Shown here: one piece after another, positions 19,278 to 29,190 of the stretch
Numbering within the stretch: position 1 is the first letter of the stretch
Layout of the letters: each line of letters starts with the position of its first letter
Assembly: GCA_964633285.1 (NCBI GenBank)
Contig: CAZWGA010000001.1
Coordinates: forward strand, 126,038-190,037
DNA length: 64,000 bases
Source of the DNA: an uncultured Solibacteraceae bacterium
GTDB lineage: Bacteria; Acidobacteriota; Terriglobia; 20CM-2-55-15
Direction: 5' to 3'
Made by a program: the position numbers and the translations under genes
The notes under the pieces: model-generated
Seen by the model: the letters and a program-made list of their open reading frames with translations, nothing else
Told to the model about the DNA's origin: nothing
Database searches by the model: none

Positions 19278-21608
19278 CTAGCCGTTTTTAACGCGTTCGG
19301 TTTCAGCGTACGGCGTGTAGTAGCCGGAATAATACGATTGGTAGTTCTGGTAACCGGAGTAGTACGATCGCCGGCGTATATCCACATCGTTCAGCACGAC
19401 GCCGCCGACCCGGGCGTTCGCCTGCACCAGGTGTGATACCGCATCGCGAGCGATATGCCGAGATGTGGAAAACGCCTTCACAACGAGAATCGTTGAGTCG
19501 GCCAGGACACCCAGGATGCGCGCATCCGAAACGTTGGCAACCGGCGGCGAGTCCAGAACCAGGAAGTCGAAATACTCACGGAGAGCATCAACCATGTTTT
19601 TGAAGCCACTAGAGAGAATGAGTTCGCCGGGATTGGGCGGAGTCACGCCGCACGGAATGACCATCAACCCTGGAACGCTGGTCGGATGAATGATGTCGCG
19701 CAGTTTCGAGGCTCCGGTCAGAAATGCCGATAGCCCGATGGAAGTGCTTAGTGAGAATACGTTGGAGATGCGCGGCTTGCGCATGTCTGCGTCGATAAGG
19801 GCAACCTTGGCCCCGATCTGAGTCAGTGCAATTGCCAGATTGATGGCCGTGGTGGTCTTTCCTTCGCTTGGCGCAGCGCTTGTGATCACGATCGTTTTTG
19901 GCGCCCGTCCGGACGATGACAGAAGCACCGATGTGCGAACCGACCGGTACGATTCCGCCATCAACGATGAAGGCGATTCGTGAACAACGAGGTCCACTCT
20001 TTCCGGTTTCTGTCCGTCTTCGCCTTCAGTGGCTTTCAGGTGACCATAGCCGTATCTGCCGTAGCCATAGCCTCTGCGCGATGTCAGGCTGCTGAGCTTG
20101 GGTATCAAGCCAAGTGTCGGGAGACTGAGATGGCGGCTGATATCTTCTGGCGACTTGATGGAACTGTCGAGGTATTCCTGGAAGAATGCGAATCCGACGC
20201 CGAGGACCAGTCCGATCATCGCACTCAGCAGGATGTTCATCGACTTTCGTGGTCTAATGGCCGTAACCGGAACTTCAGCGCGATCCACGACTCGAATATT
20301 GGAAGCCGTCAGTCCCGCTGATACACCGGCCTCCTTTAATCGTGTAAGCAGCCCGTTGTAGAGCTGTTTGTTCGATTCCGCTTCGCGTTTCAGTATGTTG
20401 TATTGAATCGTATCCTGATTGATCTGGTTCACCAGGTCGCGCTGTTTCTGCAATTCCACGCCAAGCAATCGTTCTCTTTCAAGTGAAGCCGAATACTCCG
20501 ATTGAATGGTGGTCACGACCCTGGTCTTCTCGGCTTGAATCGAATTCTTGATCTGAGCGATCTGTCCGGCGAGTCTCTGGCGTAGCGGGTAGTCCGACCG
20601 GAAAGTCACGGCGTATTCCGATTCCTGTCGTTGCAGGTCCGCCATCTTCGCTGAAAGGTCGGCAATCAATTTGTTGTCGATTAACTGAGGAAGCGCGTCG
20701 ATGTTTCCAACTTTTAAAAGCCGATCATAGGATTCTTTTTGTATTCGGTCCGCCTGGGCCCGTGTGTATTCCTCTTCGACCTGCCGGAGCTTGTCGGTCG
20801 CGGTATTCTTGCCTTCCTCCGTGAAAAGGATTTGGTTCTGCCTGCTGTATTCCTGAAGCTTGTCTTCCGATTTTTCGAGGTTCGCCCTCAAAGTAACAAG
20901 GTTTTGTTCAAGGAAAGTGGAAGCTTCCTGTGTGGCTTCGACCTTGAACTGGAGATTCTGTTCAATAAAATGTCTTGCGTGAGAGTTGATCACGCGGGCT
21001 GCCTGTTCGGGATCCTCGGATTCGAAACTTACGCTGACCAGTCGCGCCAATCGAACCGGGGACACATCCAGACGCTTGATGTATTGGTCGATGACCGGAC
21101 GCAGGTGATCCGGTTCTCTATTGGATTTCTGCGGAGGTTTCGGAACGACGAAGTCCCGAATTGTCGTCAGGAATGTATTGAAGAACGTGGGAGGTTTGGG
21201 CGCGAACTCCTCGGCCTTATCGAGACTAAGGTCTTCGATGACATGCCGCGCAAGCGAGCGAGATTTCAGAACCTCGAACTGCGTGCGAAGCGTATCGTCG
21301 GTAGAAGTTTCGATTTGATAAACGTCCTTGAAACTGAGGACGTTCGGGTTTTCCTTGTCTATTTGAATCGTAACGCTGGCCTGATATATCGGCGTCTGTT
21401 TGAACGTGTAAATCGCAGTCAGCGTCACGACGGTCCCGAGGACTGCAAGAACAGACCAACGCCGCGAAATCAGAATCCTCAAATAATCCAGCAGCGGTGT
21501 TTCCTCTTCACTGAGATCGTACCGGCTGCTTACGGGTGCTACGGCTTGTGGATAGATCTGTTCCGGATGCTGATTGCGCAGAATGTGCACGGGTTTTTCA
21601 GTAGACAT
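19278..21608 (-). CDS. wzc: polysaccharide co-polymerase / BY-kinase (Wzc/GumC-type chain-length determinant fused to tyrosine autokinase), copy 1
   Basis: N-terminal TM plus Wzz-like coiled-coil periplasmic region, second TM, then a P-loop kinase (SAAPSEGKTTTAINLA; DADMRKPR Walker A'-like) and a Tyr-rich tail SYYSGYQNYQSYYSGYYTPY. Start is assigned to MSTEKP (ATG at 21606-21608) by analogy with copy 2. Confidence 0.85.
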   Translation of the reverse strand: MSTEKPVHILRNQHPEQIYPQAVAPVSSRYDLSEEETPLLDYLRILISRRWSVLAVLGTVVTLTAIYTFKQTPIYQASVTIQIDKENPNVLSFKDVYQIETSTDDTLRTQFEVLKSRSLARHVIEDLSLDKAEEFAPKPPTFFNTFLTTIRDFVVPKPPQKSNREPDHLRPVIDQYIKRLDVSPVRLARLVSVSFESEDPEQAARVINSHARHFIEQNLQFKVEATQEASTFLEQNLVTLRANLEKSEDKLQEYSRQNQILFTEEGKNTATDKLRQVEEEYTRAQADRIQKESYDRLLKVGNIDALPQLIDNKLIADLSAKMADLQRQESEYAVTFRSDYPLRQRLAGQIAQIKNSIQAEKTRVVTTIQSEYSASLERERLLGVELQKQRDLVNQINQDTIQYNILKREAESNKQLYNGLLTRLKEAGVSAGLTASNIRVVDRAEVPVTAIRPRKSMNILLSAMIGLVLGVGFAFFQEYLDSSIKSPEDISRHLSLPTLGLIPKLSSLTSRRGYGYGRYGYGHLKATEGEDGQKPERVDLVVHESPSSLMAESYRSVRTSVLLSSSGRAPKTIVITSAAPSEGKTTTAINLAIALTQIGAKVALIDADMRKPRISNVFSLSTSIGLSAFLTGASKLRDIIHPTSVPGLMVIPCGVTPPNPGELILSSGFKNMVDALREYFDFLVLDSPPVANVSDARILGVLADSTILVVKAFSTSRHIARDAVSHLVQANARVGGVVLNDVDIRRRSYYSGYQNYQSYYSGYYTPYAETERVKNG

Positions 21609-21679
21609 AGGGTTCCATATTATAGTCTTGACAGAACAAACTACCAACCATAAGGTGAATTGCTACCAGGAGGATCAGA

Positions 21680-22660
21680 ATGCGCGGTCTCGTTGCGGCG
21701 GTTTTATTGGCGTTTGCTGTTCAGGGAATGGCTCAGCAAAGCACACAACGCAGGGTTCCGGCTACCCCTTCGGTAAATGACGGCTTCCTCAATAACGGTC
21801 CGGTAATGTCACCGACTTCCTTAACCGGCGCCGACTATCGCATCGGCCGCGATGATTTGATCGACGTTTCCGTCTTCGAGGTTCCCGATCTCGGTATCAC
21901 CACTCGCGTGAGCGCAACCGGAATGATCTCTCTACCTCTGGTCGGACCTTTGCAGGCCAGCGGCAAGACGGTACAGGAACTGGAGACTTCGATACAACAG
22001 GTGTTGAAAGCGCAATACGTCAATGATCCTCACGTGACCGTGCTGATTCGCGAGTATGCCTCGCAACCGGTATCGGTGATGGGAGCCGTGAAGCTTCCAG
22101 GAATTTACCAGATCAAAGGCCAAAAATATTTGCTCGATATGCTGGCCCAGGCTCAGGGTGTCGACCAGATGTCAGCCGGTAAGACGATTCAGATCATGCG
22201 CCGGAAAAAAGAAGGCGAAGCCGCAACGACCATTGAGATTGATGCGGTTGATTTACTGGATAAAGGCAAAACGGAACTCAATATTCCGGTCGAGGCCGGT
22301 GACGTCATCAACGTTCTTCATGCCGGATCTGTCTTCGTTATTGGTGAAGTGAGCCACGGTGGAGAGTTCATTTTGAAACAGGGCAAAGATGTGACTGCTG
22401 CGCAGGCAGTAGCCCTGGCCGGCGGCACTACCCAACACGCCAAGAAGAAGGGCTGTTCGATCATTCGGGTCCACCCCGATGGCACCAAAGAAGAGATTCC
22501 CGTTAACATCGAAAAGATTCTTGATGGGTCTCTCGGCGATGTGGCGATGGTTCCCAACGATATCCTCTTTGTCCCCTCGAACAAGGTCAAGACAGGCGTG
22601 ACCAGGGCCCTCGACACAACTCTTGCGATCGTAAGCGGACGATTGATTTACGGATTCTAG
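21680..22660 (+). CDS. wza: polysaccharide export outer-membrane protein (Wza/GumB/EpsA family, Poly_export + SLBB domains)
   Basis: Signal peptide MRGLVAAVLLAFAVQGMAQQ. The DDLIDVSVFEVPDLGITTRVSATGMISLPLVG and GAVKLPGIYQ segments resemble the Wza PES and SLBB motifs. Confidence 0.8.
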   Translation: MRGLVAAVLLAFAVQGMAQQSTQRRVPATPSVNDGFLNNGPVMSPTSLTGADYRIGRDDLIDVSVFEVPDLGITTRVSATGMISLPLVGPLQASGKTVQELETSIQQVLKAQYVNDPHVTVLIREYASQPVSVMGAVKLPGIYQIKGQKYLLDMLAQAQGVDQMSAGKTIQIMRRKKEGEAATTIEIDAVDLLDKGKTELNIPVEAGDVINVLHAGSVFVIGEVSHGGEFILKQGKDVTAAQAVALAGGTTQHAKKKGCSIIRVHPDGTKEEIPVNIEKILDGSLGDVAMVPNDILFVPSNKVKTGVTRALDTTLAIVSGRLIYGF

Positions 22661-22675
22661 TTTTTTCGAGCTCGC

Positions 22676-23875
22676 ATGTTCGGCATTCTCACCCTATTGA
22701 TTTGTAGTGCGTTCCTGACATTCGGTGCGACGTTGCCGTTCAGTTGGCTCGCCCTCACGATTCTCTGGTTAGCTTGTACGGCAGGTCTTCTGGTTGTCTC
22801 TTCAATTCGAAAACGCAGACTCAATGTGAGGTTGGCAGTTGTTTTTGCAGTTTCCGCCGTCCTCTTTGCCGTCCTGCCGCCAAAACCTGCGCTCGGGTTC
22901 ATGGCGGGCATCTGGGCCTGGGCTGCTGCCTACGACAACTCCAAAGGAACTTTAAGGTTTTTTCGCTTCCTGCTGTTGCTTGGCGTTGGTGAAGCGGTAC
23001 TTGGATTGTTCCAGTTTTTTGTCAACCCCGGCTGGATCTTCGGCTACATGAACCCCTACGCCCAGGACAATCGGGCCAGTGGGACATTGATCAACAAGAA
23101 TCACTTTGCAGGGCTCCTTGAAATGTTGATTCCCGTTGCCATCGGTTTTGCATACATTGCGATTCGCCGGCACAGAGACGTCGCGCGCCTGTATGTGTAT
23201 CTTCTGGAAGCGGGGTTCATGGGGCTCGCGTTGGTTTTCTCGATCTCACGAATGGGGATCTTTTCGTTCCTGCTGACCATTTTGCTGTTCGCGGTGCTGT
23301 TAAGGCTTCGAGAGTCGACTCACAGATTGTCGACGGCGATGGGGCTTGGGGTGGTCGCGCTTGTGACAGCGGGAGCTTTGTGGGTGGGTCTGGACATCGT
23401 GGTGCAGAGATATTCTGAACTGGTTGGTGTCGATGTAATCGTGCGCGAAGGCCGCTTCATAACCTATCGCGACAGCGTGCGGTTGATTTCGGACCATCCT
23501 CTGGGGGTCGGCTCCGGCCACTATCAGGATGCCTTTCGACGATATCAAACCTTTCGGCTCGATCGCCTGTTCGATCATGCCCACAACGACTACCTTGAAA
23601 CGGCGGCAGAATGGGGAGTCCCGCTTTCGTTGTTCTTCTGGGCATTTGTGATTTCGGTTCTGATTTCCTCGGTCAGTGCTTTCCTGCATGAGGACTCCCC
23701 GGAACGCCGCGGTATTCTGCTGGCCTGCATCGGATCGATTTTTGCGATCCTGATCCACAGCCTGACGGACTTCAATTTGCAGATTCCCTCCAATGCGATG
23801 CTTTTCTTCAGTTTCGTCGGAATAGCCGTGGCCTTTGCAAAAAGAAGTGGCGGAGAAGCCGGGGAATCGGGCTAG
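22676..23875 (+). CDS. wzy: O-antigen ligase / Wzy-like polymerase family membrane protein
   Basis: About 10 predicted TM helices. A large periplasmic loop carries HAHNDYLETAAEWGVP, matching the Wzy_C/O-antigen-ligase conserved His-containing motif. Confidence 0.7.
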   Translation: MFGILTLLICSAFLTFGATLPFSWLALTILWLACTAGLLVVSSIRKRRLNVRLAVVFAVSAVLFAVLPPKPALGFMAGIWAWAAAYDNSKGTLRFFRFLLLLGVGEAVLGLFQFFVNPGWIFGYMNPYAQDNRASGTLINKNHFAGLLEMLIPVAIGFAYIAIRRHRDVARLYVYLLEAGFMGLALVFSISRMGIFSFLLTILLFAVLLRLRESTHRLSTAMGLGVVALVTAGALWVGLDIVVQRYSELVGVDVIVREGRFITYRDSVRLISDHPLGVGSGHYQDAFRRYQTFRLDRLFDHAHNDYLETAAEWGVPLSLFFWAFVISVLISSVSAFLHEDSPERRGILLACIGSIFAILIHSLTDFNLQIPSNAMLFFSFVGIAVAFAKRSGGEAGESG

Positions 23876-24010
23876 GATATAGGATCCTGTCAGCTCATTT
23901 ATCTGGATGCGCCAATGATGGCGGAACGTCCAGCGATTAAATTTGAGTTTACAGTGCGATACGGGATGTCCTGATGCTAAATCTGGTGACCGACAGGGAG
24001 GAAGGACCTG

Positions 24011-26383
24011 ATGTCCACTTCACAAGATAAGCCGGTTTACGTGGGGCGCGAAAAGTATCCGGAGATTCTGAACAGTACTCCGATACGGACCTACGACGCG
24101 GCGGATTCTGAGCAGGGAAGCTACATTTTGGATTACTGGCGGGTCATCGTTGTCCGCCGCTGGACCGTTCTTGCAATACTTGCGACTGCGCTTGCCGTTG
24201 CGCTGATTTTTACTCTTCGACAAACGCCGATGTACGATGCGACGATCACGCTTCAGATCGAGCGTGAAACTCCAAGTGTCCTCAATATCAAGGATTTCTA
24301 TCAAACGGACGATCCCTACATCGACTACACGCTTCAGTCTTATTACAAAATCCTGTCGTCCCGTTCGCTCGCGCGGCGCGTTATTGAAGAACTCCAGGTG
24401 GATTTGAAAAAAGAATTCGAAGGACAAAAACCGGACGTCGTCTCACAGTATCTGTCACAGCTTAAGCGCATGGTTGTTGCGAGCCCGGAACCTCCGGCAC
24501 CCGACGAACCGGACGCGTTGCGGCCGTTGATCGATGAATATGTCCACCGAGTGACCGTAAAACCGATCCGGAGTTCGTGGCTGGTCGAGGTTACTTTCGA
24601 AGCAAAAGATCCCAAGCTGGCGACGCGCGTCATCAATGCTCACGGCAAGCATTTTATCGAACAAAACATTCAGAATAAATTTGACGCAACGCAACAGGTG
24701 TCCGAGTTCCTGTCCCTTCAATTGGTCAATCTCAAGGCGAACTGGGAGAACGCTGAAGACAAACTGCAATCATACAGCCGTGACAACGAACTCGTCTTTA
24801 CCGAGGATGGAAAGAATGCAGCGAATGAAAAGTTAAGGCAGCTGCAGGACGAGTATACAAAAGCGCAAGCGGAAAGATTTCAGAAGGAGTCCTATGAGCG
24901 TCTGATTCAATCGGGAAATTCAGACGCCCTGCCGCAGGTGACAGGTAATTCGATGATATCGTCGCTTTCAACGAAGCTTGTGGAAGTGCAGCGGGAAGAA
25001 TCCGAACTCGCGGTCAGTTTTGGGGCAGACTATCCCAGCCGGAAGCGTGCTCGCAGCCAGATTGAATCGTACAAAAAGGCAATCGATGCGGAGAAAGAGA
25101 AAGTCGTCAAGACCGTCGCGGCAGAATACTCCGCGGCTATGGAAAGGGAGCGTTTGCTGGCCGCCGCTCTAGACGAGCAACGCGTGACCCTCAACCGCAT
25201 CAGCCAGGAGGTTATTCACTACAACATCCTCAAGCGCGAAGCCGAATCGAGCAAACAGATCTACGAAGGTCTGTTGACACGATTGAAGGAAGCCGGAATT
25301 ACGGGCGGTCTTCGTGCTTCAAATATCCGAGTTGTGGACACAGCCGAAATACCGAAGTCTCCGGTGAAACCCAGGCGTACTTTGAATATGTCGTTGGGGC
25401 TGATTTTTGGCCTGGTATTTGGAGTGGGTCTCGCTTTGTTCCAGGAATATATCGATAGTTCGATCAAGTCGCCGGATGACGTCACGCGGCACTTGAGACT
25501 GGCCACGCTCGGCACGGTGCCGAAACTATCGAGTCTTGCTGCCCGCAAGAACGGTTACGCACACGGATATAAGTATGGGTACGGCAGGCTGGCCAAAAAC
25601 GGAGGAAACGAGGGAAAGCCCGAGCCAGGTCTTGCCATTGAACTGGCTCCCCACTCGGCTCCATCCTCCATGATTGCGGAATCCTATCGAACGATCCGGA
25701 CTTCGCTGCTTTTGTCGTTTGCCGATCGTCCACCTCGTTCGGTTTTGGTTACCAGCGCGCTGCCCAGTGAAGGGAAGACAGTTACTGCAGTCAATACCGC
25801 TATCGCCCTTACGCAGACCGGAAAGCGGGTGGTGCTGGTCGATGCGGATATGCGAAAGCCCCGCATGCACCGAATCTTTCACCTTAAAGGTCATGGCCTG
25901 TCGAGCGTGCTGGCCGGTGTCATCCCGCTCAAAGATGCGATTTCGCCGACGGTCATTGAAAACCTTTTTGTCATCCCGTGTGGTGTGATTCCTCCCAATC
26001 CCGCGGAGTTGATCCTGTCCGCCCGATTCAAAGACATCATGAAAGCACTGGCCGCTGAATTTGATTACGTTATTGTGGATTCACCGCCGCTATCGAACGT
26101 TTCGGACGGTCGAATCCTGGCTTCGTCGTGCGATGTAGGCGTTCTGGTCGTCAAAGCCTTTTCGACATCCCGGCATCTTGCAAACAGGGCGTTGGAACAT
26201 CTCGCGGAAGCTCAAGTCCGGGTTGCCGGTGTTGTACTGAACGATCTCGACTTGCGCCTGCGATCGGTTTATTCGGCCTACTACTCGAAGGGCTATTCCT
26301 ATTACCACTCGTACTACGGGCACATTCAGGAAGACGCGGAAAATACAGACAAGATCGTTCCGCGCGACCAGAGTGCGGTATAG
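24011..26383 (+). CDS. wzc: polysaccharide co-polymerase / BY-kinase (Wzc/GumC-type), copy 2, paralog of 19278..21608
   Basis: Collinear similarity to copy 1 (RRWTVLAIL, NILKREAESSKQIYEGLLTRLKEAG, SALPSEGKTVTAVNTA, DADMRKPR). Tyr-rich tail SVYSAYYSKGYSYYHSYYGH. Confidence 0.85.
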   Translation: MSTSQDKPVYVGREKYPEILNSTPIRTYDAADSEQGSYILDYWRVIVVRRWTVLAILATALAVALIFTLRQTPMYDATITLQIERETPSVLNIKDFYQTDDPYIDYTLQSYYKILSSRSLARRVIEELQVDLKKEFEGQKPDVVSQYLSQLKRMVVASPEPPAPDEPDALRPLIDEYVHRVTVKPIRSSWLVEVTFEAKDPKLATRVINAHGKHFIEQNIQNKFDATQQVSEFLSLQLVNLKANWENAEDKLQSYSRDNELVFTEDGKNAANEKLRQLQDEYTKAQAERFQKESYERLIQSGNSDALPQVTGNSMISSLSTKLVEVQREESELAVSFGADYPSRKRARSQIESYKKAIDAEKEKVVKTVAAEYSAAMERERLLAAALDEQRVTLNRISQEVIHYNILKREAESSKQIYEGLLTRLKEAGITGGLRASNIRVVDTAEIPKSPVKPRRTLNMSLGLIFGLVFGVGLALFQEYIDSSIKSPDDVTRHLRLATLGTVPKLSSLAARKNGYAHGYKYGYGRLAKNGGNEGKPEPGLAIELAPHSAPSSMIAESYRTIRTSLLLSFADRPPRSVLVTSALPSEGKTVTAVNTAIALTQTGKRVVLVDADMRKPRMHRIFHLKGHGLSSVLAGVIPLKDAISPTVIENLFVIPCGVIPPNPAELILSARFKDIMKALAAEFDYVIVDSPPLSNVSDGRILASSCDVGVLVVKAFSTSRHLANRALEHLAEAQVRVAGVVLNDLDLRLRSVYSAYYSKGYSYYHSYYGHIQEDAENTDKIVPRDQSAV

Positions 26384-26399
26384 AAGGCTGTCCGGCAGT

Positions 26400-27002
26400 T
26401 TAAAGTTTTTTGCCGGGACATTCCCATCTGCCTCTTAAGCTGATCCAGAAAGAGAGCGCGATGAGTTTCAAATCCCCGCAGAAACTCCGCCGGCGGATAT
26501 ACAAAAGATCAAATCTGAATTTTTGATGGCGTGGCACGTCTCGCGGCGCGTAAACCTGAGCGAGACCCGTAAGGCCGGGCCGGACATTATGGCGCGCAAT
26601 GTATCCGGGAACTTCCTCGATTGAGAACGACTTGCTTTTGCTTGAGACCTCAATTTCCGCGGGCCGCAAAGGCCGCGGTCCCACGAAACTCATATCGCCG
26701 GCGAGCACGTTCCAGAGCTGTGGTAGTTCGTCCATGGCAGTTGCCCGAAGGAAGCGTCCGACGGTTGTGATCCGCTCATCGGAAACACGGGCTTGAAGCG
26801 GTCCGAACCTGTCGGCGTCTTCGACCATGGAACGGAACTTGTGACTGTAAAAGCGATGGCCTTTCAGTCCCACACGCTCCTGTTTGTAAAATATCGGGCC
26901 GCCATCCTCGCGTTTGATGGCAACCGCAATGACAAGCCAAAGCGGCAGGGAAACGACCAGCCCCAGCGCTGAAGCCAGCACGTCGAAGATGCGTTTGGAC
27001 AT
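26400..27002 (-). CDS. second small polyprenyl-phosphate sugar-1-phosphate transferase (Bac_transf family)
   Basis: KFRSM...[21 protein letters not shown] motif with a single N-terminal TM. Paralogous in architecture to 16705..17298. Confidence 0.85.
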   Translation of the reverse strand: MSKRIFDVLASALGLVVSLPLWLVIAVAIKREDGGPIFYKQERVGLKGHRFYSHKFRSMVEDADRFGPLQARVSDERITTVGRFLRATAMDELPQLWNVLAGDMSFVGPRPLRPAEIEVSSKSKSFSIEEVPGYIARHNVRPGLTGLAQVYAPRDVPRHQKFRFDLLYIRRRSFCGDLKLIALSFWISLRGRWECPGKKL

Positions 27003-27850
27003 CAGAACCGTTCGTTCAAATAGGAGCGCAGACCGATCGCCGTATTGAAGGCTCGCAGCAGCAGGGGATGGCGAATGAGATGTTTTGAATAATACCGCCG
27101 GGCGCTGATATGTTTCATGCGGTCGCCCTCATCGGCGAGATAGGCACGGCTCGCGCCCAGTACATGAGTAAATGTCAGCATCGGATAGAAGACACAGTTC
27201 CAGTTGGATTTCAGGCGATAGGCCAGATCGACATCTTCAAAAAAGAGAAAATAGTCTTCGTCAAAGCCGCCGATTTCTCCAAGGGCATCTCGGCGCGCAA
27301 TGAGACAACATCCCGATGCCCAGTCCACTTTTGTGGGTTTGCCATCGAGATCGGTCCGAAGATACTTTGCCGTCCAGCGATTATTCGGGAACCATTGAGT
27401 GAGGAATGAATGTCGATGGCAAAGCGCTGTACTCCAGTCGGGGAAGCTTCGGCATGAAAACTGTCGAGTGCCGTCCAGATTCAGGACGCGGGGCCCTGCC
27501 AATCCGACAGACGGGTTTTCATCAAGCCAACGGATCAGCCCTTCCAAAGAGCCGGAATGGTATGCAGTGTCCGCATTGAGAAAAAGAATGTATCTGCCCG
27601 TGGACTCATTGAAGCCGCGATTGCATGCTCCTGCATATCCTAAATTGCGCTCGGGAGTAATAACGCGGACATCGCCAAGATCGTCCCATGAACGGGTTCC
27701 GGTATCTTCGACGCTGTTATCCAGAATGATGCATTCCGATCGGAAACCCTGTCGTACGGCCTGGAGCGAACGAATGCAGTCGAATACATATGCATCCGAC
27801 TTGTAATTGACGATGACGATGCTCAGATCAGGTTGCTCTCGGGAATTCAT
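27002..27850 (-). CDS. family 2 glycosyltransferase
   Basis: LSIVIVNYKSDAYVFDCIRSL N-terminal GT2 signature. DxD-like EDVD motif present. Confidence 0.8.
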   Translation of the reverse strand: MNSREQPDLSIVIVNYKSDAYVFDCIRSLQAVRQGFRSECIILDNSVEDTGTRSWDDLGDVRVITPERNLGYAGACNRGFNESTGRYILFLNADTAYHSGSLEGLIRWLDENPSVGLAGPRVLNLDGTRQFSCRSFPDWSTALCHRHSFLTQWFPNNRWTAKYLRTDLDGKPTKVDWASGCCLIARRDALGEIGGFDEDYFLFFEDVDLAYRLKSNWNCVFYPMLTFTHVLGASRAYLADEGDRMKHISARRYYSKHLIRHPLLLRAFNTAIGLRSYLNERF

Positions 27851-27992
27851 TTGTTCCTGGACTACGGATTCACAGGGCCACCTTTCGCGGAGGTGGGGGG
27901 GAAGCCCTTTATCGGTCCTCTTCGCCTCAATATTGTATTTTTACACTTGGAACCTCAGTTCACCCGCGTTGTGAGTATAGTTTCAGGCCTGA

Positions 27993-29171
27993 GTGTTTTC
28001 AACAGATCCGCATACCGTGAAGATTTTTATTAATGCCTCCAATGTGACTGCCAGCGGCCCCCGGCGGGTTCTGGAAAACCTCTTGCCCGCGCTGGTTCGA
28101 GCGGCCCCTGAATTTAAGTTTGTCGCGTTCCTTCCTCAAACCTATCAATGCGAATGTCCAATGCAGATGGATGGACTCCAATTGATTTTTCCTCGCAGCG
28201 GAATGCCGGGACCGGTTCGCCGGATATGGGAGACCATGGTCGAAGTTTCCCATCTGTGCAGAAGGGAGCGCGCTGATATTTGCCTGACACTCGGCGACAT
28301 TGGGCCCTTCCGGCTCGATATTCCCCATGTGGTGATGCTCCACCGGTTGCATTGTCTGTATCCCGGCCGCGAATTGAAAACGATATTACCCGGCGCATCC
28401 TGGCAAGAGGTCTTGAGGGCATCGTATTGTTCGTGGCACTTTCGCCGGATGGCTCGACACTGCCGGTTCATCATCGTGCAAACTCCGATCGTCGCGCGCC
28501 GGCTTAAGGAAGTCTGTGATATCAAGAGCGAGCAGATTGCCACCATTCCCTCGACGATAGCCGAATCCACTCGGAACGCCCTGCGAGGCAAAGTCCCGGC
28601 GGATTCTGAAGTGCTCTCGGTTCCTCAGCCAGTGCGGCTTTTGTATCTTGCGGACATGCGCGCTCACAAGGGACACGCGGTTCTACCGTCAGTGTGCAAG
28701 GAACTGCAGAAACGGGGGCTGGATCAGTCCATTCATTTTTTCCTTACGATTGATGAACAGCGGGAAGAATTGAGCCGCCGGCTCATGAAGGATCTTCGCC
28801 CATATAGGAACTTCGTCACCAATCTTGGGTCCGTTCCCCATCATCGAGTGCCATCGCTGCTTGCTGCTTCGAGCGCTCTTTTCCTTCCCACAAACATGGA
28901 GACATTCGGTTTGCCTTTTGCGGAGGCGATGGCAGCGCGAATCCCGGTGCTGACTTCGGACCGGGAATTCGCCAGATGGATCTGTGGAGAAACTGCAATC
29001 TACTTTGAACCCGCCGATCCCATATCGGTGGCAAACGCGATTTCAGGCTTCGTAGAAACCGGTTTCGTGGAGAATTACGCCATATGCGCGGGAAAGCAGC
29101 TTCAGAGGCTTCCGTCTTCGTGGGATGACATCGCCGTTGAGTTTCTGGGGGTGGCGGCAAAATGTCTGTAA
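27993..29171 (+). CDS. family 4 glycosyltransferase
   Basis: C-terminal METFGLPFAEAMAARIPVLTSD is the GT4 donor-binding E-x7-E region. Confidence 0.75.
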   Translation: MFSTDPHTVKIFINASNVTASGPRRVLENLLPALVRAAPEFKFVAFLPQTYQCECPMQMDGLQLIFPRSGMPGPVRRIWETMVEVSHLCRRERADICLTLGDIGPFRLDIPHVVMLHRLHCLYPGRELKTILPGASWQEVLRASYCSWHFRRMARHCRFIIVQTPIVARRLKEVCDIKSEQIATIPSTIAESTRNALRGKVPADSEVLSVPQPVRLLYLADMRAHKGHAVLPSVCKELQKRGLDQSIHFFLTIDEQREELSRRLMKDLRPYRNFVTNLGSVPHHRVPSLLAASSALFLPTNMETFGLPFAEAMAARIPVLTSDREFARWICGETAIYFEPADPISVANAISGFVETGFVENYAICAGKQLQRLPSSWDDIAVEFLGVAAKCL

Positions 29172-29190
29172 GTTAAACTTTGAGAGATTA

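Noticed and set aside
21609..21679. TTGACA-N17-TAAGGT sigma-70-like hexamers between the divergent wzc copy 1 and wza genes.
   Set aside because: The -10 element is weak (3 of 6 matches) and the assignment cannot be confirmed from sequence alone. It is left as a possible promoter rather than reported as a feature.
27945..27970. TGGAAC-N5-TTCAC and GGAAC...CGTT motifs upstream of the GT4 gene, considered as a sigma-54 or ECF promoter.
   Set aside because: The -12 position lacks the essential GC dinucleotide for sigma-54. The GGAAC-to-CGTT spacing (13 nt) is too short for typical ECF -35/-10 spacing (16-17 nt).
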